A DNA stretch of 64,000 bases from an uncultured Planctomycetales bacterium (GTDB taxonomy: Bacteria > Omnitrophota > Gorgyraeia > Zapsychrales > Fredricksoniimonadaceae): NCBI GenBank assembly GCA_964572155.1, contig CAZNDZ010000001.1:15300-79299 (forward strand). The letters are read 5' to 3'. The notes beneath the pieces are model-generated. The model saw only the letters and a list, made by a program, of their open reading frames with translations. It had not been told where the DNA came from and did not search any database. The translations under genes were made by a program, and so were the position numbers. Numbering within the stretch: position 1 is the stretch's first letter; each line of letters opens with the position of its first letter. Positions 41,181-51,312 of this stretch are shown piece by piece.

Positions 41181-42213
41181 TGTCTAATTCGCCTAACTTT
41201 TGTTGTGCAGCTTCTGCAGGTTTCCAGAACCAACCATTAGGATCCCAGCATTGTGCGTAGAAGTATTCATCAATCAATTGCTTATAAGCCTTTGAAGCTT
41301 CTTCTTTATTTTCAGATAAGCGGTAAGCTTCGCCTAAGATAAACAAGCTGGTGCCCACATCATTCAAAGCCCAGTAGCTCATTGTTTTTTCTTTAGATTC
41401 CCATGCATATTCTTTCAAAGAATCTTGCATTTCTTTGGCTTTTGCGCCGTAGAGTTCAACGTTCTTCTTAACTAAGGCAATAACTGTTGGGTAATCTTTT
41501 GCATTTAATGCGCCCCATGCCTTTGTTGTTAAGGTGCTGGAGGTATAATCACCGTAATCAACATCAACACCGCTTTCAACAGCTGCTAACTTTTCTTTTG
41601 CTGCTTCAGATGGTTTCCAAAACCAACCCTTTGGATCCCATGCTTGGCCGTATGTATATTCATTGATGACTTTATTGTAAGCTTCTTTCGCTTCATCCTT
41701 CATCTTGGCTTTGCGGTATGCTTCGCCTTGGATATAATAGGAAGTCGCAACATCGTTTAATGCCCATTTCTTAAAGACATCGTCGTTGCTACCAGACACA
41801 TAATCTTTAAGTTCAGCTTGCATCTTACCGGCTTGTTCGCCGTATAATTCAATGGCTTTATTAGTATATGCTAAGACAGCTTCAACATCGCCTTTAGCTA
41901 AAGCGCCCCATGCTTTTGTTGTTAAGGTGCTAGATTTATAATCACCAAAGTTAACTGCAACTTTGGATTCTGCTGCGGCAGGAGCAACTTCTTCCTTTGC
42001 TTCTGGCTTTACTTCCGCATCTTCTGCTGCAGGAGTCTCGGCATTTTCTTCAACAACCGCATTGTCAGTATCTTCAACAGCAGCTTCTTCCTTAACAGCT
42101 TCATCTTGAGCCGCAGCCGCATTATCAGTAACTTGAGGTTCTTCTTCATCTGCATATGCAGGGATAAATCCGATTGTTAATAAAAGACTTAATACAATTC
42201 CTAACTTCTTCAT
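41173..42213 (-). CDS. Secreted protein with an acidic N-terminal region and two tandem roughly 150-aa TPR-like repeats
   Basis: Signal peptide. Two repeats sharing WALNDV.TS..I.GEAYR......EA..AY...I.EY.Y.Q.WDP.GWFWKP.EAA..KL. The same module recurs at the N-terminus of the adjacent glycoside hydrolase. Confidence 0.5.
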   Translation of the reverse strand: MKKLGIVLSLLLTIGFIPAYADEEEPQVTDNAAAAQDEAVKEEAAVEDTDNAVVEENAETPAAEDAEVKPEAKEEVAPAAAESKVAVNFGDYKSSTLTTKAWGALAKGDVEAVLAYTNKAIELYGEQAGKMQAELKDYVSGSNDDVFKKWALNDVATSYYIQGEAYRKAKMKDEAKEAYNKVINEYTYGQAWDPKGWFWKPSEAAKEKLAAVESGVDVDYGDYTSSTLTTKAWGALNAKDYPTVIALVKKNVELYGAKAKEMQDSLKEYAWESKEKTMSYWALNDVGTSLFILGEAYRLSENKEEASKAYKQLIDEYFYAQCWDPNGWFWKPAEAAQQKLGELDNV

Positions 42214-42333
42214 ACTTCCTCCTGACCTATTGGTTATTGAGTGCTACGAGACTTACTAAATGTAAATTAAGTATACACTATATATACGGTGTAATGCAAG
42301 TTTTACCTTCGAAGGAGTGAATTTTCTGCGATG

Positions 42334-44628
42334 CTACTTGGCGGGATTCCAAAGTGCTTGATATGTGTCAATGACCTTGCGCTTTTCACGTAAGAACGGA
42401 GAATTTTTTCCTTCACCTTGACCAAATAAACCAAACCATTCTTCATAATAGTAGCCACCTGCAAAAGGTCCCACCACATCGGCCTTTGTATCATGGGCTA
42501 AAGGCTCATAGTTCTTCCACCACTCATCCATCCATTCAAAAGCCACTCCACCTATAGAATTTCCAACACTTACTTCATCAAAACCAGCACCATTATGTAA
42601 AATATCTAACCAATTACCGCGATGATAATCTGCTTGCGCTTGTTGCGCCTCTAGATAGGTCATATGGTCCCCGCCAAATGATGGCGCACCATATTCTGAA
42701 ATAAACGCAGGTCGATCAGCAATTTCTGCCACTTGATCCCAGAATGAACCAAATCCAAAATCACCACGATACACATTGGATGCATACACATCAACAGCAG
42801 GCGCATACTTGGCAAACTTATCTAAAAATAACGTGTCCCCATTACAAATAGCGACGGGATGATTCTTATCAATTGATTTGATCATCTTTGCCACTTCATT
42901 GACAAATTTAAAATATGCTTCTGGTTTTTTATCCGCATTGGATGCAACGCCATAATTATTTTCATTACCAAGCAACCACAACAAAATAAATGGCTCATCT
43001 TTATATTCCATCACTAAATCTTTAACACTCTGCATCATGGCTTTTTGATGTGCAGGATTGGCATAATCCGTACCTTCCGACCAAGATGCACCAGACCCAA
43101 TGGCATACTTACCCAAGAAATCGCCCATGATGACCCTTAAGCCATGTTCTTTATACATTTGACGCAATACTTCCTTATTAGGCTTTAACGGCTGATGATA
43201 CAAACGAATGGTGTTAACACCCATATCCTTCATTAACTTAAAATCACCAACTGCAGGTTCATCGGCATCTTGAACACCATTGCCATTTTGATCAACCCAA
43301 CTATCATATGGACCATCAGCTTTGCCATTATGATTGAAATCATCATCCATCCAACTGGTCATGGTATTTTTATCTGGACTTTGTCCAATCTTGGTCGAAC
43401 TATACGTGATGCCCTTGATCATATATGGTTTACCCTTAACCAATAATTGCCAATGACCATTGGTATATTTAACCAAACGCACTGTACCTTCGCCGATTTG
43501 TTTGACAACTTTTCCAACATGAATGGGCGCATGTTTCAACGCTTTGATGCGGGCAAATTCACGTTCGCTTAATTGCGTTAATCTTCCTGGGGATGTGATC
43601 GTCACATCATTCTTTGGATCATTATCATATGCGTTTAGGATGCGCACCTTTGCACCTTTATAAACTAAACGTAATTCTGGATGATCATAAATAATGTGAT
43701 TGATTTTCGCTATAGCCGCTTGACCTGGATACCATGGCGTTTGCCAATATGTCCATGCAATGGTATTTGGGAAAAATACTACAAGCGTCTGATAACACTT
43801 GATAGCTTGGGCATACATTTTTGCTCGTTCAAAAATCACGCCCATGTAAAACAATCGCACACCTGGAGGCTCTGGAGCAGTCGCCCATTTATAAATGGCA
43901 GCTTGCATATCGTCGGAATCAACAAAATCCCAATGCTTGCCTTTTAAGCGCCCCTCTTGTAAGGCTTTTTTATATTCCGGATCTTTATAGATGTCCGATA
44001 AATTTGGATAAATCCCCTCGCCTTGTGCGGCAACTAAACCGGCATTATCTATTAAGGAATAATGAAAATTTTGCGTACCTTCATTTTGAAACTTGCCATA
44101 CTTGGTAAAATCAACGAAATCTGATCCTGGGAATGCTAACGTGGGTTTGGTACGAGGGGCCTTATGTTTTACTTTTTCTTCACTTACCTTACCATCGATC
44201 GCATCAATACTTGCCTGTGACTTTTCTTTAATAGACCAATATGAACCACGACTAGGATCCCATGCTTGCGCCCATGGGTATTGCTTGATTGCAGCATTAA
44301 ATACTGTTTTTGCCTCTTCGCTCTTACCTTGATGCATCAAATATTCTGCTTTCACGAATATGATAGTAGCTACATCATTCATGATGCGATAATTCTCTAT
44401 GGCGTCACGTGCAGGGAAGTTATTAAGGGATTGCGCTTGCTCTAATGCTTGAGCTTCATATGCCGACATCATTTGTTGGTATAACTTTTCTAATGAAGCT
44501 AAATCACTATCATTCGATGCCTTCCAACCCAATCGTAGAATTTCTTTAGATGGTGTCTCTTCTGCCCACGATGGAACACTGCCCAACATGAACATCAGCG
44601 CGATTACTATGGATAGATATTTACGCAT
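42334..44628 (-). CDS. Secreted clan GH-A (TIM-barrel, GH5/GH2-like) glycoside hydrolase with an N-terminal TPR-like module
   Basis: Signal peptide. N-terminal module ending AQAWDPSRGSYWS. The catalytic region has LLGNENNYG (acid/base Glu of the NEP motif) and FISEYGAPSFGG (nucleophile Glu), plus GVNTIRLYH. 764 aa. Confidence 0.6.
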   Translation of the reverse strand: MRKYLSIVIALMFMLGSVPSWAEETPSKEILRLGWKASNDSDLASLEKLYQQMMSAYEAQALEQAQSLNNFPARDAIENYRIMNDVATIIFVKAEYLMHQGKSEEAKTVFNAAIKQYPWAQAWDPSRGSYWSIKEKSQASIDAIDGKVSEEKVKHKAPRTKPTLAFPGSDFVDFTKYGKFQNEGTQNFHYSLIDNAGLVAAQGEGIYPNLSDIYKDPEYKKALQEGRLKGKHWDFVDSDDMQAAIYKWATAPEPPGVRLFYMGVIFERAKMYAQAIKCYQTLVVFFPNTIAWTYWQTPWYPGQAAIAKINHIIYDHPELRLVYKGAKVRILNAYDNDPKNDVTITSPGRLTQLSEREFARIKALKHAPIHVGKVVKQIGEGTVRLVKYTNGHWQLLVKGKPYMIKGITYSSTKIGQSPDKNTMTSWMDDDFNHNGKADGPYDSWVDQNGNGVQDADEPAVGDFKLMKDMGVNTIRLYHQPLKPNKEVLRQMYKEHGLRVIMGDFLGKYAIGSGASWSEGTDYANPAHQKAMMQSVKDLVMEYKDEPFILLWLLGNENNYGVASNADKKPEAYFKFVNEVAKMIKSIDKNHPVAICNGDTLFLDKFAKYAPAVDVYASNVYRGDFGFGSFWDQVAEIADRPAFISEYGAPSFGGDHMTYLEAQQAQADYHRGNWLDILHNGAGFDEVSVGNSIGGVAFEWMDEWWKNYEPLAHDTKADVVGPFAGGYYYEEWFGLFGQGEGKNSPFLREKRKVIDTYQALWNPAK

Positions 44629-45473
44629 TATCCGACGACAGCTCCTGAAGATAAACCTTTGACAATATGTTTTTGCATGGCCAAATAAATTATCACAATC
44701 GGTGCTGCGGTGATTGTTAAACCCGCCATCAACACTGGATAGTCATAACTGTTGGCACCTTGAAACACCATGAGCCCGCGTTGCAATGGCATAAGCTCTG
44801 TCTTGCCTAATAACAAATTCGCCAAGATGTATTCGTTCCATACATTCAAAGAATTGAAAATCACAATAACAGCGATGGCGGGTGCAGCTAAAGGCAATGC
44901 CACATGTCGCCAAATGCCAAGCTTGGTACATCCGTCGATGCGCGCGGCATCTTCAAGGTCTTTAGGCATCTTATCAAAGAAAGGCTTTAAGATCATGATG
45001 CTCATTGATAACCCAACATTGATCATACATAGGATATACCCTAAACGTGTATTAATCAAATGGAGCTTGCTCATCATCAAGAATAATGGCACAAAACTAC
45101 CTGGCAATGGGATCATCATAGCAGCCAGGAAAACAGCAAAAACAACATCCTTGCCCCAAAATTTTAGACGAGAAAATGCATATGCAGCTAATGACGAAAT
45201 GATCACAATGCCGAACACAACGCTGGTTGTATAAATGACACTGTTTAAGAAATACATGCCAAAATTTCCCTTAGTCCAAGCAACCGCATAATTATTAAAA
45301 TTAATGACTGCCGGGATTAAAGATTTTTCGGTAAAAATGGTGTCCATGCTCATCAAAGAACAACGGATCATCCAGACGATTGGAAAAAGGCAAGTTAACG
45401 TCACACTTAATAAGAAGGTGTGGATCAAAATAGATTTAAGCGACGCAAATACGTAATATTTATTTAGTTTCAT
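44628..45473 (-). CDS. Carbohydrate ABC transporter permease (MalG/UgpE-like)
   Basis: Six TM helices and the EAA loop DLEDAARIDGCTKLGIWRHVALPLAAP. 281 aa. Confidence 0.85.
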   Translation of the reverse strand: MKLNKYYVFASLKSILIHTFLLSVTLTCLFPIVWMIRCSLMSMDTIFTEKSLIPAVINFNNYAVAWTKGNFGMYFLNSVIYTTSVVFGIVIISSLAAYAFSRLKFWGKDVVFAVFLAAMMIPLPGSFVPLFLMMSKLHLINTRLGYILCMINVGLSMSIMILKPFFDKMPKDLEDAARIDGCTKLGIWRHVALPLAAPAIAVIVIFNSLNVWNEYILANLLLGKTELMPLQRGLMVFQGANSYDYPVLMAGLTITAAPIVIIYLAMQKHIVKGLSSGAVVG

Positions 45474-46381
45474 GCTTGTTTAATCTTATCTGAGAATTTC
45501 TTAACACCAAAAGATATGGCCACCAAGATAGCCCCAAACACAATGGCTTGCGCACATGCGTATCCAAACTGCTTTGTCCCTGACATCGACGACAAAATTC
45601 GTGTAACTGGAACTTCGGTATGAAAACCTAAACCATTTTGAACCATGGAGATGATTAAAGCAAAGACTTGCATAGAACCTAAGATGGTTAAAATCATGAC
45701 CATCATGATGACCGGCAACATCATGGGGATGGTCACATTGGTAAATGTTTTCCAAGCACCCGCACCATCAACCTTAGCTGCTTCATAAAGTTGTTTATCA
45801 ATCGTTTGTAAACCAGCAAGCAAGATGATAAAGCCCCAACCAAAACCTTTCCAACTATGTACGATGGAAATGCATGTCAACGCCGTCTTAGGATCACCTA
45901 GCCAATTGTGCACCAATTGTGGTAAACCCGTTGAATACAATAAATGATTAAGTAACCCGATGTGTTGGCCGTTTTGCATGCCTGGATCTAAGATCCAATT
46001 CCACAACATCCCAACAACAACTTCGGATAATACCGGCGGGATAAAGAAAACAACACGATAAAACCGTTTGGCACGAATTTCACGATCACAGGCCAGCGCC
46101 AACGCAAAGGCCAACATATTTTGAAATGTTAACGCAATGAGGGTGATATACCCTGCATGACCGATCGATTCCCACCAATGTGTGTCCCCGATCATATCTT
46201 TAAAGTTTCCAAGACCAACAAACTTCATCGCGCCAATGCCGTTCCAATCAAACATGGAAAGTCGGAACATATCAAAGAAAGGATAAATATAAAATGCAGA
46301 AAATATCGCGATCGCGGGAAGAACAAAAAGAAAATTCTCGAAACCATCAAAGAGACTTTGTCTTTTTTTATTTTTAGGCAT
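45470..46381 (-). CDS. Carbohydrate ABC transporter permease (MalF/UgpA-like)
   Basis: EAA loop LYEAAKVDGAGAWKTFTNVTIPMMLP. Six TM helices. 4-nt overlap with the downstream permease gene. Confidence 0.85.
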   Translation of the reverse strand: MPKNKKRQSLFDGFENFLFVLPAIAIFSAFYIYPFFDMFRLSMFDWNGIGAMKFVGLGNFKDMIGDTHWWESIGHAGYITLIALTFQNMLAFALALACDREIRAKRFYRVVFFIPPVLSEVVVGMLWNWILDPGMQNGQHIGLLNHLLYSTGLPQLVHNWLGDPKTALTCISIVHSWKGFGWGFIILLAGLQTIDKQLYEAAKVDGAGAWKTFTNVTIPMMLPVIMMVMILTILGSMQVFALIISMVQNGLGFHTEVPVTRILSSMSGTKQFGYACAQAIVFGAILVAISFGVKKFSDKIKQA

Positions 46382-46383
46382 TG

Positions 46384-47673
46384 TTATTTTTGTTTCGCCA
46401 TTTGTTTAAGCTTGACGGCTTGAACATCTGCAGCCACTTGGGCTGGGGTCTTCTCGCCGATGATGATCGCCTGTATGCCTTTTGTAAACGCTTCACTAAC
46501 CAATGGATCTTCATTTAAAGGCCAAATGGTTGGATGTGTGGAGCTTTCCATACCCTTGGCAAAACTTTCCAATACCGGCGGAATCAAATCCATGGCCCCG
46601 CGGTTGGCAGGCAAATTATTTGTTTCTTTAGCTAATACTGCTTGCTGTTCTTTCGCGGTTAACCACTTTAAGAATGCAATCGCTTTGTCTTTATTGGGCG
46701 ATTCATTGTTAACCATAAATGATGAGCCTGCCCCACCCCAGATCTTTAATGCAAATGGAGATGTGACCGGTGGTGGCGGGATAACACCATATTCTAAATT
46801 CTTATTCATTTCCTTATAAACATTCACGCACCATGAACCGTTGAATGTAAATGCAGCGCGTTCCAAAGCAAAATCTTGTTCGGCATATTTGTTACCTTTG
46901 GTCACGATGCCATCGATCAAGGCGCCTTCATCACGCAATTGACGGAAAATATCTAAAACCTTCACCCAATCTGGATCGGTATAAGAAACCTTGCCACGAT
47001 AGGTGTCCATGATTTTTTGTTCACCCATGATATTAAAAGCATAGTTGGAAGCAAAACATTCTGCCAACCACAATTCGCCCCATCCAGAAACAAAGGCAGG
47101 TACGCCAATGCGTTTGAGTGATTTAACGGCTTTGATGAATTCATCGAAAGTCTTTGGTGGCGTAGCAATTCCAGCTTTGCTTAAAAGTTTTTTGTTATAC
47201 AACATTTGCATGTTGGTCACATCAATGGGCACGCCATAAATCCCTGGCTTGATATTGTACATATTGCCAACTTCAAAACGGTTGGTGGCAAGGGCTTGAT
47301 CAAACATACTTTTTTCCCATGCACCGTTGTCAGCAGCAAAATCTGCTGTTAAATCAGCAATCTTATTCGCCGTAATAAAATCAGCGAGGATGGATTTTTT
47401 ATCGAGGATGCCGAAAATTTCAGGTAAAACACTGGCTTGCGCTGAGGCGATGATTTTTTGGGAATATGCTTCTGATGGGGCGAATAATTCTACGTCTATT
47501 TCAATACCGGTTAATGTTTTATATTCTGCTGCTAGTTTCTTTAACGTTTCATCTCTGTCTGTCATCCAGTGCCAGAGAACAATTTTGTTGGAAGGTTTTT
47601 GAGTTTGAGAACATCCGCTAAAGATAAGGGTCAAGCTACATAGTAAACACAGCAGGAAAGTTAATTTGCGCAT
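46384..47673 (-). CDS. Extracellular solute-binding lipoprotein, family 1 (sugar ABC transporter)
   Basis: Lipoprotein signal (LTLIFSGCSQ), 429 aa, family-1 sugar SBP sequence pattern. Located immediately upstream of the two permeases. Confidence 0.8.
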   Translation of the reverse strand: MRKLTFLLCLLCSLTLIFSGCSQTQKPSNKIVLWHWMTDRDETLKKLAAEYKTLTGIEIDVELFAPSEAYSQKIIASAQASVLPEIFGILDKKSILADFITANKIADLTADFAADNGAWEKSMFDQALATNRFEVGNMYNIKPGIYGVPIDVTNMQMLYNKKLLSKAGIATPPKTFDEFIKAVKSLKRIGVPAFVSGWGELWLAECFASNYAFNIMGEQKIMDTYRGKVSYTDPDWVKVLDIFRQLRDEGALIDGIVTKGNKYAEQDFALERAAFTFNGSWCVNVYKEMNKNLEYGVIPPPPVTSPFALKIWGGAGSSFMVNNESPNKDKAIAFLKWLTAKEQQAVLAKETNNLPANRGAMDLIPPVLESFAKGMESSTHPTIWPLNEDPLVSEAFTKGIQAIIIGEKTPAQVAADVQAVKLKQMAKQK

Positions 47674-47726
47674 GAAGAATTGGCTCCCAAATGATTTAAG
47701 TGTAAGCTAAAAATCTAACACAGTCG

Positions 47727-50438
47727 CTATTTTGCGTCAAGTAAAACCTTGATCGCACGGACGCCTTTAATCTGCTCTCTTGCAATACAAACACCGCCAT
47801 CAAGATGCGGTATAAAATCTAATGATCTGCCATCAGCGCTGATCGCCTTAATGGCATACTTACCAAATTCCAATCGCTTGGGGTTTTGATATTCAACGAC
47901 AACTTGCGTTTGAGCAAATTGACAGCTCACGGCAGCTAAACCCTTGGCATTAAACTGGTTTTTAACCAGCTTCGGATCCAGCCATAAATCACCATATGAC
48001 CCTCTGACACCAAAACTTTGAGTTAATAGCGTCAAGACCAACCAGCTCGCTGAACCTGTTAAATAGTGGTACATGCCTTGGCCATTGGAATCAAAATATT
48101 CTGGGATGCCTGGGTAAATCTTACTCGTATTGCCATCAACAGCCATTTTATAAATGGAATCAATGACATCATAACCTTCTTGCGCAAAACCGCGCACATA
48201 TAAGGCATATGCATACATGACATTCATGTGCGAGAAAAACGCACCATTTTCTTTGGTGCCATAGGCAAAACCAAATGCTCGCCCTAAATCTAAATAATGG
48301 CGCACGCCAAAATCGGTGTTTAAGCGATAACCGCCATGCTTTTTATCTTTCAAGAACCGACGGACAGAGACAATCACATCCTTGGCTTCATCTTCTTGGG
48401 CTAAGGTGCTCATCAATGTAAAGACTTGACCCGTTAACGTCATGCGAACATTGTCATCGATCTTACCTTCAACACGACGGGCTTGATTATCATAGTAACC
48501 ATTGAACCACTGATATTTCTTACCTTCATGCGTCACAGAAATTTTTTCTTGATGACGGATGTGTTGAAATATCCAATGCCCTTTCTTACGCAAATCTTGG
48601 GCAATTAGTTCTAAAGAAACTTCCACATGCTCGCCGCTAATGGCAGGTTGCACATGATGGCAATAATTTTCAAATAAGTACGCTTTCTTGTCTTGCCAAC
48701 GATCATAATTAACAGGATGCTCGCCTAAGGTATCAAGCAAAATGACAATTTCTTTGGCCAAACGCACGACACTTATCTTTTTGGCAGTACCTAACGCTTC
48801 AATCAAATCTGCCAACTTCAATAAATTGCCCGCATAAAGCGCCGTAAACGCAACACTTTCGCCGCGATCAAAAGCCATATCAAGACCGTCATTCCAATCC
48901 GCATTTTCTAGACGGATGATATTATGTTCACCAACATTAAAGAATTGTGTCAAATGCTGCACTAATAAATGCTCGAGGATTGTTCCTTCGTGCACGTGAC
49001 CTTTTTTATCGAGCAATTTATTACCATAGGCCGAAACCCATGCAATGTCTTTGTCATACGTGCGCGACAATTGTGGATCACGGAAATACGTTTGTCTCTG
49101 CAGTAATAAATCAAAATCGCCCGTTTGATGAATATATAACAGCGTCGTTAAAAATGGCCAGCTGCCATGATCCATCCATACGCGGGTAATGGCATTACGA
49201 TCAGCAAAAAATTCACCGAGTTTATTGCCGATGATCGTGGCATTGCTACCGTCGATGCGAATACCAGAAAAGTTATTGATTAAACCATCTCTAACCAAAT
49301 GTGGTTCGATTAAAATAAGCGACAACAAATCTTGCCATAAGTCACGCCAACCTTTACCGCCTTTGCCATAATCATGGTCGGGCAAGAAGGAACAACCAAA
49401 AATGCGACGCAATACCGGTTGCACGGTGACCCAACGCATCCAACCGTTGAACGTTTCATCACCGGTCTTAAAACCAATCGTTGATGTTTTTTCGCTCCAA
49501 AATTTCTTATTTTCTATTAAAGCAGCGTCAAACTTTGAGCTGCTGCTAAATTTCTTAAATGTGCTATGCGCCTCTTTAGCGTCGGATACAACACCAACAG
49601 CAATGATAAAATCTTTCGATTGTTTGGATTTAAGCGTTACATCTTTAAAACGCAAAGCCCCAACCACTTCCTTGCCTTGCATTTCGGCGGGCGTTAATCG
49701 ACGTGGTTTTACATTTTCAATCACTGCGTGTGGCGCAATCATTGTGCCGACATCGCCATAAAAAACATCCACCGTCGGAAATGTTCCAAGCGGTAATGCA
49801 TTTTTATCATCCACCCCAAAGACAAAATAACTCGAATGAATTTCTTTGTGCCCCTCTTCATTAAATGCCATGGTGGGCTCAACTAAGATGCCCTCAGATA
49901 ATTGCACTGTACGATTGAGCAACGCTGTTACATGCTCATGATCATGCTTGTTGGCCAAGGACCTACCAAAGATGGGCACGGCCGCTGTGGGGGTGAATGT
50001 GATTGTCTTTTTAGAAATATTCTTAACCGTCACACGCATGAGCTCAACAGGCTCATTGCTCGACGGAATAAAATTAATGGCGGATAATTCAATGCCGCTT
50101 TTTTTATCGCTGCGCACCAAGCTGTGCCACAATTGACCAACCGTGATGGTTGCTTGATCATCAAAACCAAAACCTGCCAATGACAATGTCGACTTACCCT
50201 TAATATGGACAAAGAAATTACGCACAGGATAACGCAGATCTTCACGAGAAGCGGGTTTGGTCACGTAATGAAATTTATCGGTCTTGATATCCCCACTTAA
50301 AGACGGCGTAATAGCCGACTTTAAGCTTGTCGCTTCAGCTCCGCACAAAGGCGCATACATAGTTTTCATCTTGGCCGCTTGTGTACTTACAAACGTCGCC
50401 TGATCATCAATAAAATTAAAAAATGGTTTCGTTGGCAT
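47727..50438 (-). CDS. GH94-like glycoside phosphorylase / (alpha/alpha)6-barrel glycosidase (cellobiose/cellodextrin/beta-1,2-glucan phosphorylase-like)
   Basis: 903 aa with no signal peptide, so cytoplasmic. Motifs GKGGKGWRDLWQDLL and NADWNDGLDM resemble the conserved Arg/Asp catalytic regions of GH94 phosphorylases. Sits behind the sugar ABC importer. Confidence 0.5.
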   Translation of the reverse strand: MPTKPFFNFIDDQATFVSTQAAKMKTMYAPLCGAEATSLKSAITPSLSGDIKTDKFHYVTKPASREDLRYPVRNFFVHIKGKSTLSLAGFGFDDQATITVGQLWHSLVRSDKKSGIELSAINFIPSSNEPVELMRVTVKNISKKTITFTPTAAVPIFGRSLANKHDHEHVTALLNRTVQLSEGILVEPTMAFNEEGHKEIHSSYFVFGVDDKNALPLGTFPTVDVFYGDVGTMIAPHAVIENVKPRRLTPAEMQGKEVVGALRFKDVTLKSKQSKDFIIAVGVVSDAKEAHSTFKKFSSSSKFDAALIENKKFWSEKTSTIGFKTGDETFNGWMRWVTVQPVLRRIFGCSFLPDHDYGKGGKGWRDLWQDLLSLILIEPHLVRDGLINNFSGIRIDGSNATIIGNKLGEFFADRNAITRVWMDHGSWPFLTTLLYIHQTGDFDLLLQRQTYFRDPQLSRTYDKDIAWVSAYGNKLLDKKGHVHEGTILEHLLVQHLTQFFNVGEHNIIRLENADWNDGLDMAFDRGESVAFTALYAGNLLKLADLIEALGTAKKISVVRLAKEIVILLDTLGEHPVNYDRWQDKKAYLFENYCHHVQPAISGEHVEVSLELIAQDLRKKGHWIFQHIRHQEKISVTHEGKKYQWFNGYYDNQARRVEGKIDDNVRMTLTGQVFTLMSTLAQEDEAKDVIVSVRRFLKDKKHGGYRLNTDFGVRHYLDLGRAFGFAYGTKENGAFFSHMNVMYAYALYVRGFAQEGYDVIDSIYKMAVDGNTSKIYPGIPEYFDSNGQGMYHYLTGSASWLVLTLLTQSFGVRGSYGDLWLDPKLVKNQFNAKGLAAVSCQFAQTQVVVEYQNPKRLEFGKYAIKAISADGRSLDFIPHLDGGVCIAREQIKGVRAIKVLLDAK

Positions 50439-50452
50439 AGAGAGGGATTACT

Positions 50453-50776
50453 TTAGGCGAGGGAATATTTCATCAGACGCGACATCTTTAATAAATTTAT
50501 TTTAGGAAAATTAACACCCACATCCCACATATTGGCGCTTGCTGGTTTACTCCATGCAACGCGACCTGTAAGGATTAAGGGAGAACCACCATCTGGCATT
50601 TGCACTTCTATCGATACAGGATCATCAAGGAACATGCGTTCACGGGTGCTAATGCGAATACCAGAAGCCGATGCGTCTCTTAAAAAAACTTCAACCCCAT
50701 AATCCGCACGAAAATCTTTAAAGCGCGTCGGAAAACGAGTCGAGAATCGCTCAAATATGCGGCGTTCTTGATCCAT
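50453..50776 (-). CDS. Standalone PilZ-domain protein (c-di-GMP receptor-like)
   Basis: RRIFERF (RxxxR) and DASASGIRIS (DxSxxG), the two c-di-GMP-binding PilZ motifs. 107 aa. Confidence 0.65.
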   Translation of the reverse strand: MDQERRIFERFSTRFPTRFKDFRADYGVEVFLRDASASGIRISTRERMFLDDPVSIEVQMPDGGSPLILTGRVAWSKPASANMWDVGVNFPKINLLKMSRLMKYSLA

Positions 50777-50779
50777 AGG

Positions 50780-51109
50780 TTATACTGTTTTCAAATATTT
50801 ATTCAAACGTGTTGCTGAACCTGCTAAAACTTCTTGGAAATTCATGCCAATGCGGTATTGCTTTGATTCTTCAATCTTACGCACCCATTTGACAACACCC
50901 AAAACCAACACCGGCGCTGTATCAGGCTGTAATTGGATTTCAATCGCTACTTTTTCATTGATCTCATGTGCGTGGCTCGAGATAAAACCAATGCCGTTCT
51001 TGCTAATGTCAACCGTTCTGGTTTGATCAAAAGCAGAACCTTCTTTCCCTTCTACCGGAACAATACAACCATGACGCGATTCAGTGCGTTTGTTAGCGGC
51101 AGATTTCAT
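50780..51109 (-). CDS. Standalone PilZ-domain protein (c-di-GMP receptor-like)
   Basis: KRTESRH (RxxxR) and DISKNGIGF (DxSxxG). 109 aa. Tandem with the previous PilZ gene. Confidence 0.65.
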   Translation of the reverse strand: MKSAANKRTESRHGCIVPVEGKEGSAFDQTRTVDISKNGIGFISSHAHEINEKVAIEIQLQPDTAPVLVLGVVKWVRKIEESKQYRIGMNFQEVLAGSATRLNKYLKTV

Positions 51110-51312
51110 ATGGACCTCTTCTATTTAAATATAATAACAGTGATTGGGGTTGAAAACGCTTTCTTATTTCTAATTGTAAAACATTTTCCCAAAAGTGCAA
51201 TAAAATTTCATAAAAACTTATTGTACGGGTATAACCTTAGGCAAAATAGCCACTTATAAAGAATTCTTGAGTTTATATTGCTCACGCATTCCTAAATGCT
51301 ATAATAAATTTT

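Noticed and set aside
41200-42050. Apparent DNA tandem duplication of about 450 bp
   Set aside because: It corresponds to an in-frame protein-domain duplication (two TPR-like repeats) inside one intact ORF, not a repeat element or assembly artefact.
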